This document shows, piece by piece, positions 9,734-18,524 of a stretch of 32,000 nucleotides of DNA. Under the pieces are notes generated by a model. That model ran no database searches. It was given only the letters and a program-made list of their open reading frames with translations, and had not been told where the DNA came from. Source of the stretch: Aliivibrio fischeri ES114 (GTDB lineage Bacteria; Pseudomonadota; Gammaproteobacteria; Enterobacterales; Vibrionaceae). How positions within the stretch are numbered: position 1 is the first letter of the stretch; each line of letters starts with the position of its first letter. The stretch is from the NCBI RefSeq assembly GCF_000011805.1, contig NC_006841.2; one strand, written 5' to 3'. The translations under genes and the position numbers were made by a program.

Positions 9734-10564
9734 ATGTTTGCCAGTATAACGATTGTATTTAGAGAAGGCTTAGAAATGGCCATTATTGTTTCTTTGCTTT
9801 TAGCCGCAACAAGAGATATACCCAACAGATCAAAATGGATTTTAGGAGGAACAGGAGCAGGAATTCTTCTCTCTGTATTGCTAGCCATTTTAGCGTTAAA
9901 CAACGCAACTATTACGACACTAATTGAAGGGAAAATAACAGGAGGAATCATCCTAGCGTTATCTAGTATTTTAATTGGTTATACCGTTATTTGGATGAAA
10001 TCAAACGGAATGAAAGCTTCTCAAGATATAAAAGCTTCTGTAAATAATATCAAAGAAAACAATAAACCTTTATTTTCATTAAGTTTGGTCGCTTTCTTTT
10101 GTGTTTTCCGTGAAGGTATTGAAGTTGTATTATTTCTTTTAGGTCTAACAAGTGATAGTGAAACAACGGGGCTTGCAATCTTAAGTGGCAGTTTAATTGG
10201 AGCTGCTGGTGCGATTGCAGCAGGCATTGCAATGTACTTTGGTTTCATCAGAATCAATCTTGGTAAAGTATTCAACTTCTTTGCAGTCTTAATGTCATTT
10301 TTAGCTGCGGGTATGGCAATGAATGCTGTAAGTAAATTTACTTCAGCAGGATTAATTAATCCAATTATCAATCCATTATGGAATAGCACCGCCTTACTTG
10401 ATCATCATTCAAATTGGTTTGGCTTATTTATTCACGTAATGTTTGGATATACAGAAAAGCCGAGCTTAGCTCAGTTGATCGCTTATATTGCTACATTAAG
10501 TATTCTTTTTGTATTAACCAAAAATCAAACAAATAAATTAATGAAAGCAAAAAAAGTAGCTTAG
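9734..10564 (+). CDS. FTR1-family iron permease-like membrane protein
   Basis: Two REGxE motifs: VFREGLEMAIIVSLLL and VFREGIEVVLFLLGL; multiple hydrophobic helices. ATG at 9734 has a TAGGA-like RBS; the ORF track uses the ATG at 9725. Confidence 0.85.
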   Translation: MFASITIVFREGLEMAIIVSLLLAATRDIPNRSKWILGGTGAGILLSVLLAILALNNATITTLIEGKITGGIILALSSILIGYTVIWMKSNGMKASQDIKASVNNIKENNKPLFSLSLVAFFCVFREGIEVVLFLLGLTSDSETTGLAILSGSLIGAAGAIAAGIAMYFGFIRINLGKVFNFFAVLMSFLAAGMAMNAVSKFTSAGLINPIINPLWNSTALLDHHSNWFGLFIHVMFGYTEKPSLAQLIAYIATLSILFVLTKNQTNKLMKAKKVA

Positions 10565-10602
10565 TGATTAAATAAAACCACGCAGAGTCAATAAATAAAA
10601 AA

Positions 10603-10624
10603 GCCGATCACATGATCGGCTTTT
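10603..10624. terminator. Bidirectional terminator between converging genes
   Basis: AAAA-GCCGATCA-CA-TGATCGGC-TTTT: 8-bp perfect stem (10603-10610/10613-10620) with A tract and T tract on the two sides. Confidence 0.8.
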
Positions 10625-10649
10625 GGTATTCAACACATCAGAGAAATAT

Positions 10650-11699
10650 TTATTCAGCTAATTTTGCAACCTCTGTTGCTGCTAGCATGAAAGCACCCGC
10701 ACCATAATCGATGTTATGCTCAAACTTAACGTCACGTGGATTAAAGGCTGGTAGCTGTACCCAACCAATCATGCCGTTATCGTGAATACATTCAAGTAAG
10801 GCTACCCACGCTTTTTCGATAACTGGTAAGTAAGTTTCTTTATCCAACTCACCAGTATTAACGCCCCATGCTAAACCATAACAAAACAGAGCAGTTGCAC
10901 TGCTTTCAGGTGCAGGGAAGTTTTCAGGAGCTAATAGGCTAGTACGCCAAAAACCATCGTCTTGCTGGTATTTAATTACTTCAGCCGCTAAATGTGTAAA
11001 TAGAGTAATGTACTCAGAACGATTCATGTAGTCTTCAGGCATATTCGCTAGAATACGAGGAACTGATGCTAGTACCCATCCAATACCACGACTCCAAAAT
11101 ACCTTATTGCCGTTTTCTTCTCGTAACTCTTCACCATTTCCATTTGGAATATAGCGATAGTCACGATAATACAAACCCGTTTCTGTATCTAATAAATGCT
11201 CTGCTGAATCCCAAAAAGCAGTATTCATGTAATCCAAGTATTTTGAATCACCTGTTTGCTTTGATAATGCAACAAAAGCTGGCGGCGCCATAAATAATGA
11301 ATCACACCACCACCAATCTTTGCGACCTAGCTCTGGTTCATTAACCATAATATCAAGCGCTTTAATGGTTGGCTCTAAGGCTTCGGGTTGGTTAAATTCA
11401 GAATAAATATCAAGGTAGGCTTGGCAACAAACATGGTCATCAGCAAAACGAGCATTAGGTCCAGTTCTGAATCCAGTATGTAGAGCGTAATTTTTTACAC
11501 CATCCAGATATTCAGTGTCTCCCGTCGCTTTCCATGCCGCGGCAACACACGACCAAAAAACACCACGTTCCCAATCAGTATCTTTAATAAAACGGGTCTT
11601 ACCACTGCGTCTTACTACACTTCTTGTTTGGTTTTCAGCTTGGTAGCGATAAACTCGCTTCATCGCTTGTAATACGTCTTGCTTTGTTCCTAATGTCAT
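10650..11699 (-). CDS. GH105-like unsaturated uronyl hydrolase, predicted cytoplasmic
   Basis: Alpha/alpha-barrel GH105/GH88-type pattern: GRKDWWWCDSLFMAPPAFVALSKQTGD, FWSRGIGWVLASVPRIL, QQDDGFWRTSLL, SSATALFCYGLAWGV; no signal peptide. Confidence 0.78.
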   Translation of the reverse strand: MTLGTKQDVLQAMKRVYRYQAENQTRSVVRRSGKTRFIKDTDWERGVFWSCVAAAWKATGDTEYLDGVKNYALHTGFRTGPNARFADDHVCCQAYLDIYSEFNQPEALEPTIKALDIMVNEPELGRKDWWWCDSLFMAPPAFVALSKQTGDSKYLDYMNTAFWDSAEHLLDTETGLYYRDYRYIPNGNGEELREENGNKVFWSRGIGWVLASVPRILANMPEDYMNRSEYITLFTHLAAEVIKYQQDDGFWRTSLLAPENFPAPESSATALFCYGLAWGVNTGELDKETYLPVIEKAWVALLECIHDNGMIGWVQLPAFNPRDVKFEHNIDYGAGAFMLAATEVAKLAE

Positions 11700-11724
11700 T
11701 TTGCTGTTCCTTCTGTTCTTTAGA

Positions 11725-12480
11725 TTAACGAGCTAACCAGCCACCATCAACCGCAATCGTATAACCATTAATATAGTCACTTGCAGGTGATGCTAGGAAG
11801 ATTGCAGGTCCTTCAAGATCAGAAGGTAATCCCCAACGATTTGCAGGAATACGCTCTAAAATAGCGGCATTTCGATCTTCATCTGCGCGTAATGCTGCCG
11901 TATTATCCGTTGCCATGTAACCCGGAGCAATCGCATTAACATTGATATTATGTTCTGCAAGCTCAGTCGCTAGGGCACGGGTTAACCCCATAACCGCTGA
12001 TTTACTTGCGGTATAAGAAGGAACGCGGATCCCTCCTTGATATGACAACATAGAAGCAATATTGATGATTTTGCCGCCATTTCCTTGCTTAACAAATTGC
12101 TTAGCGACTTTCTGAGAAAGGAAGAATAACGTCTTTTGGTTAATATTAATTACGTCATCCCAATCTTGCTCTGAGAATTTGAGTAAATCTTCACGACGAA
12201 TAATACCTGCATTATTAATTAAGATATCAACGTGCCCCATTACTTCAACCGCTTCAGCAACCAGTTCTTCTAATCCTTCTTGCTTCATTAGGTTTGCAGT
12301 AATGTAATGAAACTTACGACCTAATGCTTTCACTTGCTCTTCAGTTTCGGGAGCGGCTTGATGGCCAACACCAACAATATCTGCACCCGCTTTCGCTAAA
12401 CCAAGTGCCATGCCTTGACCAAGACCCGTATTACACCCTGTAACAATGGCAACTTTGCCAGTTAAATCAAAAAGTTTCAT
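11725..12480 (-). CDS. kduD: 2-deoxy-D-gluconate 3-dehydrogenase / 2-keto-3-deoxygluconate-type SDR (KduD)
   Basis: KVAIVTGCNTGLGQGMALGLAKAGADIVG, NNAGII, YTASKSAVMGLTRALATELAEHNINVNAIAPGYMATDNT; next to kduI. Confidence 0.92.
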   Translation of the reverse strand: MKLFDLTGKVAIVTGCNTGLGQGMALGLAKAGADIVGVGHQAAPETEEQVKALGRKFHYITANLMKQEGLEELVAEAVEVMGHVDILINNAGIIRREDLLKFSEQDWDDVININQKTLFFLSQKVAKQFVKQGNGGKIINIASMLSYQGGIRVPSYTASKSAVMGLTRALATELAEHNINVNAIAPGYMATDNTAALRADEDRNAAILERIPANRWGLPSDLEGPAIFLASPASDYINGYTIAVDGGWLAR

Positions 12481-12549
12481 ATTCTTTCCTACTATTCTTG
12501 ATATATGCTGCCGATAGACATCAGCAACATAACAATAAAATTAAAATGA

Positions 12550-13380
12550 CTACTTAATATCAGTCATTGCTACATGGTCCATATCATGAAAAGTTTGGTT
12601 TTCACCGACCATGCCCCAAATAAACGTATATGACGATGTACCAACGCCTGAATGAATAGACCAACTAGGGCTAATAACGGCTTGTTCATTTCGAACAACC
12701 ATATGACGTGTCTCTTGAGGCTCACCCATGTAATGGAAAACAATGTTGTCGTCTTTCATATCAAAGTATAAATACACTTCCATACGACGTTCATGAGTAT
12801 GACAAGGCATGGTGTTCCATAGACTGCCTGGTGCTAATTCAGTCATTCCCATTAATAGTTGGCACGTTGGCAGTACTGATGGGTGCAAGTATTTGTAAAT
12901 GGTTCGAACGTTGCAGTTTTCTTGATTACCCAATGTTTCAGGAGAGGCTTCTTCACGTGTAATTTTACGAGTTGGATAAGCATGATGTGCTGGTGCACAA
13001 TTTAAATAAAAACGAGCGGGGTCTTGTTGATCAACGCTTTCAAAGCTGATCTCTTCAGCTCCCATGCCTACATACATGGCTTCACGAGCAGCAATATCAT
13101 AAGTCACACCATCAACAATCACTCGGCCAGCTTGCCCAATATTAATAATGCCTAGTTCACGGCGTTGCAAAAAGAAATCCACACCAATTTCTTTTCCACC
13201 TTCAAATGGAACACTTTCTGATGTAGGTACAACACCACCAACAATAATGCGGTCAATGTGACTGTATGTAAGAGTAATTTGGTTTTCTTGAAACATCCCT
13301 TCAATAAGGAATTGTTCACGCAATCCTGCTGTATCTAGTTGTTTTGCGTGATCGCTATGAATCGGTTGACGAATTTCCAT
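12550..13380 (-). CDS. kduI: 5-keto-4-deoxyuronate isomerase (KduI)
   Basis: [30 protein letters not shown]..., [39 protein letters not shown]; characteristic KduI. Confidence 0.95.
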   Translation of the reverse strand: MEIRQPIHSDHAKQLDTAGLREQFLIEGMFQENQITLTYSHIDRIIVGGVVPTSESVPFEGGKEIGVDFFLQRRELGIINIGQAGRVIVDGVTYDIAAREAMYVGMGAEEISFESVDQQDPARFYLNCAPAHHAYPTRKITREEASPETLGNQENCNVRTIYKYLHPSVLPTCQLLMGMTELAPGSLWNTMPCHTHERRMEVYLYFDMKDDNIVFHYMGEPQETRHMVVRNEQAVISPSWSIHSGVGTSSYTFIWGMVGENQTFHDMDHVAMTDIK

Positions 13381-13388
13381 TTTAAACC

Positions 13389-13407
13389 TCTAAAACATTG
13401 TTTTGTG
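13389..13407 (-). promoter_or_regulatory. KdgR-box-like operator directly upstream of kduI
   Basis: Plus-strand TCTAAAACATTGTTTTGTG matches about 15 of 19 positions of the recalled KdgR consensus AATRAAAYRNYRTTTYATT; adjacent to the kduI RBS. Confidence 0.45.
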
Positions 13408-13409
13408 TT

Positions 13410-13456
13410 ATAGCTATCTAAATAATTCATTATTAGATGTTTATTTAGATAGCTAT
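13410..13456. repeat. Perfect 16-bp inverted repeat with 15-nt spacer
   Basis: ATAGCTATCTAAATAA (13410-13425) and its exact reverse complement TTATTTAGATAGCTAT (13441-13456). Confidence 0.9.
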
Positions 13457-13481
13457 GAATCTTTAATAAAAATGACGAGAG

Positions 13482-14624
13482 TTAATAAACCCACTCACCT
13501 TTAATCATGGTGTTCTGAACAGCGAAATCTTGATTTACCACCACAAAGCTTGCTTCCATTTCTGGTGCAATGCTTCCTAAGCGATCATCAATGCCTAAAT
13601 ATTTGGCAGGAACCAATGTTGCCATTTGCACCGCCTCCCATTCTGGTACTTCACTTAGCTGAATCATATTTCTTAACGCACTATCTAAACTGCATGTGCT
13701 TCCAGCAAGCGAACCACATTTTGTTCTCGCTTCCCCTTTAGCTACAGTGATAGTTTGCGCACCAAGTTGGTACTCACCATCCTCTAAACCACCAGCTCGC
13801 ATACAGTCCGTAATAAGTGCGATTTGCTGATACCCTTTCATGCGATAAGCGAGCTGCATCATTACAGGATGAACATGCACACTATCAGCAATTAATTCAG
13901 CAAGCATGTCATGATATAAAACAGCCCCTGTACAGCCGGGTTCTCTATGGTGTAAACCACGCATACCATTAAACAAATGGACACCACAATCGGCACCTAA
14001 TTGATGTGCTTGGGTAACTTGCTCGAACGTTGAATCAGTATGAGCGACAGAGGTTTTGATGTTTTGACTTTGCAGCCATTGAATAGCTTCCATTGCACCA
14101 TCAGCTTCAGGTGCTATCGCTACTCGTAATAGTGAATGCGCCGCTACGTCATAAAGTTCTTCTAACTCTTGAATGCTTGGTGATTTTAAATAAGCGGTTG
14201 GATGCGAGCCTCGATGCACTTCTGTAAAATATGGACCTTCTAGAAAGCTACCTAATAACTCAGCACCACACTGTTGAGGTTTATCTAACCACGTTTTTAC
14301 AGTATCGATTGAGCTAACAATGCTATCCCAAGGTGCCGTTACCGTTGTTCCAACCCAAGCAACAACCCCTGTTTGAAGCAAAGCATCAGAAATGGTTTGC
14401 AATGCTTCTGGCGTCGCGTCCATAACATCAGCGCCTGCTCGCCCATGGATATGAATGTCGATAAACCCCGGTAACAAGGTTTTTCCTTCTAATGGCAAAA
14501 TCTCGCAATCTGTTGGTTCACATGCTGTTATTGCTTCTATTTTCCCATCATTCACTATGACGTAATGATGTTCTTTAATGCCATCAGCAACAAACACACG
14601 TTGTGGATATAAAGCGTAGCGCAT
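13482..14624 (-). CDS. N-acetylgalactosamine/glucosamine-6-phosphate deacetylase
   Basis: LLPGFIDIHIHGRAGADVMDA, GSFLEGPYF, VHLFNGMRGLHHREPG, ALITDCMRAGG, DRLGSIAPEMEASFVVVNQDF. ATG at 14624 (MRYALYPQ) sits just after the EIIA stop. Confidence 0.9.
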   Translation of the reverse strand: MRYALYPQRVFVADGIKEHHYVIVNDGKIEAITACEPTDCEILPLEGKTLLPGFIDIHIHGRAGADVMDATPEALQTISDALLQTGVVAWVGTTVTAPWDSIVSSIDTVKTWLDKPQQCGAELLGSFLEGPYFTEVHRGSHPTAYLKSPSIQELEELYDVAAHSLLRVAIAPEADGAMEAIQWLQSQNIKTSVAHTDSTFEQVTQAHQLGADCGVHLFNGMRGLHHREPGCTGAVLYHDMLAELIADSVHVHPVMMQLAYRMKGYQQIALITDCMRAGGLEDGEYQLGAQTITVAKGEARTKCGSLAGSTCSLDSALRNMIQLSEVPEWEAVQMATLVPAKYLGIDDRLGSIAPEMEASFVVVNQDFAVQNTMIKGEWVY

Positions 14625-14625
14625 A

Positions 14626-15063
14626 TTACAACCCATCTTCACATTCAGGTTCTGGTTCCATGAACAATTCAAGCTGTAATCGCATGTCTTGCATACATGA
14701 AGAGCCTATTTCTAATAATGTCGTTACTAATTCTTTTACTGTTGTATCATCACGTTCAAATGCAGCATTTGCTACCATTGGTAGGTTTGCACCGCCAATC
14801 AACTCAACATTTTCAGTATCCATTAAAATAGTTAAAGCACGATTTGCAGGTGAACCTCCAGGGATATCAGTTAAGAAAAGTACCCCTTCACCAGAATCAA
14901 CACGCTTTGCAGCAGCTCGTAATGCTTGTTCTAATTCATCTGTCGACATAGATTCAACAAAATCGACAAACTCCATTTGTTCTTGTTCACCAGCAATGGC
15001 TTTTACTGCTGACTCAACCCCTGTAGCAAAATTAATATGGCCTGAAACTACAATACCAATCAT
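14626..15063 (-). CDS. PTS mannose-family EIIA component
   Basis: MIGIVVSGHINFATGVESAVKAIAG with phosphoacceptor His; FLTDIPGGSPANRAL. Confidence 0.9.
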   Translation of the reverse strand: MIGIVVSGHINFATGVESAVKAIAGEQEQMEFVDFVESMSTDELEQALRAAAKRVDSGEGVLFLTDIPGGSPANRALTILMDTENVELIGGANLPMVANAAFERDDTTVKELVTTLLEIGSSCMQDMRLQLELFMEPEPECEDGL

Positions 15064-15151
15064 GATTTAATCCTTGTTACCAATGCTTTTATAATGCTTT
15101 GAAATTAAGGGGATGGGAAAATCCCCTTATACGACTTCATTTCTTTTTGTG

Positions 15152-16069
15152 TTACAAAATACCTAGGTAGTGACCAATAACACCACCGGCTAACGTTGAG
15201 AAAATCAACACAGGAGGTTTCGCCCAAAAACCAGTTCCTTTCACCATTTTTAACATAAAGAACACCAATGCTAGTGGCAAAATATTAGGCATTATCTTGT
15301 CAAACAGTGCGGTTTGAAGTTCAACGACTTTCCCTCCGAGTTCGAGAGATAAGGTGGTTTGAACTTTAATAAAGGATGCCGACAATGCACCAATAACAAA
15401 GATACCCATGATATTTGCCGCTTTGGCTAATTTCTCAGTCGCATCGCTCATGTTAACCATGGCTGCTGTACCGGCTTTATATCCCATAAACATCAAACCG
15501 AAATACACAAAGAAGTGCACAATTTGATACAAAATGAAGAAAACAAACGGTCCTGCAATAGAGCCTTGCATTGCAATTGATGCACCTAACGCCAACGTTA
15601 ACGGCATAAGAGTCATATGGTCAATTGCATCACCAATACCACCAGTAGGTCCCATACCCGCTACTTTCATTACATTTACTGTAGACGGTTTTTCCTTGTT
15701 TTCTTCCATTGCAATGGCAGTACCTAGCAAGAAAGTAAACAGTTTAGGACTCGCATTAAAGAACTGAAGATGGTTCTTAGTTGCCGTTGCTAAATCACGT
15801 TTGTTATTACCATGAATCTTCTTTAGTGCAGGAACAATTGAGTAAGCAAAGCCACCACCTTGCATACGTTCAAAGTTGAAGTTCCCTTCCATGAAAAGGC
15901 CACGAATTGCACATTTCCAAAGATCTTTTTTCGAGATAACTTTACGAACTTCCTTGTCTTGATATTCGTCGATACCATCAACCAAGCTCTTAGGATTCGC
16001 CACTTGAGTACCTTGAAACTCATCAATGCCATCAATTAGAGCGTTCGGATTTTCTGTTTTAGATACCAT
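15152..16069 (-). CDS. PTS mannose-family EIID component with extended N-terminus
   Basis: FNFERMQGGGFAYSIVPALKKIHGN, GPTGGIGDAIDHMTLMPL. GAGG RBS precedes ATG at 16069; the track start at 16117 overlaps EIIC. Confidence 0.9.
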   Translation of the reverse strand: MVSKTENPNALIDGIDEFQGTQVANPKSLVDGIDEYQDKEVRKVISKKDLWKCAIRGLFMEGNFNFERMQGGGFAYSIVPALKKIHGNNKRDLATATKNHLQFFNASPKLFTFLLGTAIAMEENKEKPSTVNVMKVAGMGPTGGIGDAIDHMTLMPLTLALGASIAMQGSIAGPFVFFILYQIVHFFVYFGLMFMGYKAGTAAMVNMSDATEKLAKAANIMGIFVIGALSASFIKVQTTLSLELGGKVVELQTALFDKIMPNILPLALVFFMLKMVKGTGFWAKPPVLIFSTLAGGVIGHYLGIL

Positions 16070-16829
16070 CTTCAAAGTCCTCAAATTCTTGATTTGAATT
16101 TTTGTTTCCATTTCCACTAAAGAAGTAATATAGAGCGGCTGCTGATGCCCCTAAAATTGCCACGGCCATGATCGGAAGCTGTAAATACGTTGTCATTACA
16201 AAACCGATAAAGAACACACCCGCCACTTCTTTTGACCACATAATTTTCAATAGCATTGCAAAACCAATTGCAGGAACCATTTTCGCCCCGATACCTAATC
16301 CTTCTAATAGAGTTTTCGGAGCATTAGCATCAATCCAAGCTGCGCCATGTTCACCAAAATAAACGGTCAAGAAGGCAATCACAGCGTAGAGCATTGAACG
16401 CATTGTAATCGTGGAAAGTAAGAGAAAATCAATGCCATTTGTATTCGCTTCTTCAGCGTATTTATCTGCTTTACCCATGGTAAATGAGGTCATAGCAAAG
16501 AAACCGATAACAAGCATTTGCATTAATACTGCGATAGGCATACCAACACCCATAGCAACTTCTGGTGATTGTCCTGTCATTACAGCGAATGCTACAGCAG
16601 CAATCGTACCCATAGTTACATCTGGCGGCTGTGCCCCAGCGTTAGGCACTAGACCTAACCATGCGAGTTCCAGCGTTGCACCAGCGATTAAGCCAATTTG
16701 CATATCGCCCATAATTAGACCAACAACAGGTCCTGTGATAAGTGGTCTATGGATATTCAATGCGACATCGTATTTATCGATACCACAGAAGAATGCCCAC
16801 ACTGCCACTAAACTTGCTTCAAATAACAT
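16059..16829 (-). CDS. PTS mannose-family EIIC component
   Basis: ITGPVVGLIMGDMQIGLIAGATLELAWLGLVPNAGAQPPDVTMGTIAAVAFAVMTGQ; hydrophobic throughout. Confidence 0.92.
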   Translation of the reverse strand: MLFEASLVAVWAFFCGIDKYDVALNIHRPLITGPVVGLIMGDMQIGLIAGATLELAWLGLVPNAGAQPPDVTMGTIAAVAFAVMTGQSPEVAMGVGMPIAVLMQMLVIGFFAMTSFTMGKADKYAEEANTNGIDFLLLSTITMRSMLYAVIAFLTVYFGEHGAAWIDANAPKTLLEGLGIGAKMVPAIGFAMLLKIMWSKEVAGVFFIGFVMTTYLQLPIMAVAILGASAAALYYFFSGNGNKNSNQEFEDFEDGI

Positions 16830-16839
16830 AAGTACCTAC

Positions 16840-17340
16840 CTAGGCTGCTGTTTTTGCTAGTTCAAGAACGTTAATTGGTGTTTGATCTGGTGTATTTTGA
16901 ACCGTGCATGTCACGCCCTTTTCCACCATTTTTTCAAACGCTAAAATATCGGTTTTATCTACAGAAACGGTTTTCGCAATTTGACGTTTACCATCGTGGT
17001 AATGCATATTGCCTACATTACAATGTGTAATTGGAACGCCGCCTTCTACCAAACGAGCAACGTCAGTAGGGTTATTACATAAGATAAAAATCTTCTGTTT
17101 TGGCGATGCTTTATGAATCACATCAATGGTTTTTTGAATTGAAAAGAAACGCACGGCATATTCACCGCCTGCAGAGGCTTTCATGCCTGCTTGCATAAAC
17201 GCAGCATTAGGGCCCTCAGCAGCTTCATCATTAGCAACAAGAATCAAATTAGCTTCGGAATGTTTTCCCCAAGTAATTCGAATTTGTCCATGCAGTAAAC
17301 GCTCATCAATACGCGTCCAAACGATTTGTGGTCCAGTCAT
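16840..17340 (-). CDS. PTS mannose-family EIIB component
   Basis: IVWTRIDERLLHGQIRITWG (active His), FILCNNPTDVARLVEGGVPI, NVGNMHY. Confidence 0.92.
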   Translation of the reverse strand: MTGPQIVWTRIDERLLHGQIRITWGKHSEANLILVANDEAAEGPNAAFMQAGMKASAGGEYAVRFFSIQKTIDVIHKASPKQKIFILCNNPTDVARLVEGGVPITHCNVGNMHYHDGKRQIAKTVSVDKTDILAFEKMVEKGVTCTVQNTPDQTPINVLELAKTAA

Positions 17341-17354
17341 AATATTTCCCTGCT

Positions 17355-18524
17355 TTAATCTTTATTATTAAAAGTATGAATATTGACGCCTTGAACAACA
17401 CGATTAACTTCACCTGTAGGGCACGGGTTGTCAGGAGTATTTCCTAGTGCAACAGAACGATGGAATGCGTAAGCTTGAGCAAACAACATGTAAGGAAACA
17501 GCAACTCAACATCTGACGCGTTTTCCATCATAGGTACACGAATTACGTTTTCATCTGCAACTACGTCATTAAGTTGAGCGGTAATTGCGATAACTTTTTT
17601 AGCGATATTGTCACGACGAAGTTCAGCTAAAAGATCCAAATCGTATTGACGGGTGTATGGGTCATTTGAAATGAAAACAACAATCATGGTTTCATTATTA
17701 ACAATGGACTTTGGACCATGACGAAAGCCAAGTGGGGAATCAAAACAAGCAACAACTTTACCCGCAGTCAGTTCTAATAATTTCAATGCAGACTCTTGTG
17801 CTAATCCCTTCAAACCACCGCTACCTAAATAAATAACCCTACTAAAATCATGGGAAGCAGTATCTCTAACATTGGAATTAATTTCTTTGATCAACTCCTC
17901 AGAACACTTACAAATACTTTCGATTTCTTTCGAATTGTTATTTTTGTGCGTTAAAACAGAAAAACAAGCTAAAGTCATTGACGAAAAACTAGAGGTCATT
18001 GCGAATGACTTATCATTAGTTTCTTCTGGCATCAGTAATACAAGAGCGTTATCTTGATGCTGAAATTGACTAAATAACGCCCCTTCACCATTGCAAGTTA
18101 AAATAAGATGATGACAATTAGTTAAACATTGATTAGCTAAATCAACTGCTGCAACACTTTCTGGACTATTACCAGAGCGAGCAAAAGAGACCAATAACGT
18201 AGGAATATCTTCTGCAAAATATTCTGCCGGATTAGAGACAAGATCAGTCGTTGAAATCGCTTCCACACGTTGGTGTAATACTTTTGATAATGCCGGAGCA
18301 ACCGCTTGTCCTGCGAATGCTGAAGTACCCGCTCCCGTTAATATAATTCGACGCTCAGAATTCGTATTCCACTTATCTATAAACGACGAGATTTCCGCTA
18401 TATTGTCTTGAATGATTAAGTCAGTTCGGCGCCAACTTTCCGGTTGTTGAGTAATTTCTTTCGCAGTCCAAAAACCAGAAAGCGTTTCTAATTCTGATTC
18501 TGAGTAACCAAGGTAGTGATTCAT
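17355..18524 (-). CDS. agaS: SIS-domain sugar isomerase/deaminase, AgaS-like (galactosamine-6-P deaminase/isomerase)
   Basis: [74 protein letters not shown]. Confidence 0.88.
   Translation of the reverse strand: MNHYLGYSESELETLSGFWTAKEITQQPESWRRTDLIIQDNIAEISSFIDKWNTNSERRIILTGAGTSAFAGQAVAPALSKVLHQRVEAISTTDLVSNPAEYFAEDIPTLLVSFARSGNSPESVAAVDLANQCLTNCHHLILTCNGEGALFSQFQHQDNALVLLMPEETNDKSFAMTSSFSSMTLACFSVLTHKNNNSKEIESICKCSEELIKEINSNVRDTASHDFSRVIYLGSGGLKGLAQESALKLLELTAGKVVACFDSPLGFRHGPKSIVNNETMIVVFISNDPYTRQYDLDLLAELRRDNIAKKVIAITAQLNDVVADENVIRVPMMENASDVELLFPYMLFAQAYAFHRSVALGNTPDNPCPTGEVNRVVQGVNIHTFNNKD

Noticed and set aside
10021-10389. Minus-strand ORFs opposite the FTR1-type gene
   Set aside because: Antisense of a well-supported membrane protein; no independent coding signal.
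14603-16860. Plus-strand ORFs opposite the PTS genes (14603..15070, 15534..15767, 16168..16362, 16411..16860)
   Set aside because: Antisense shadows of clear PTS EIIA/EIID/EIIC genes.
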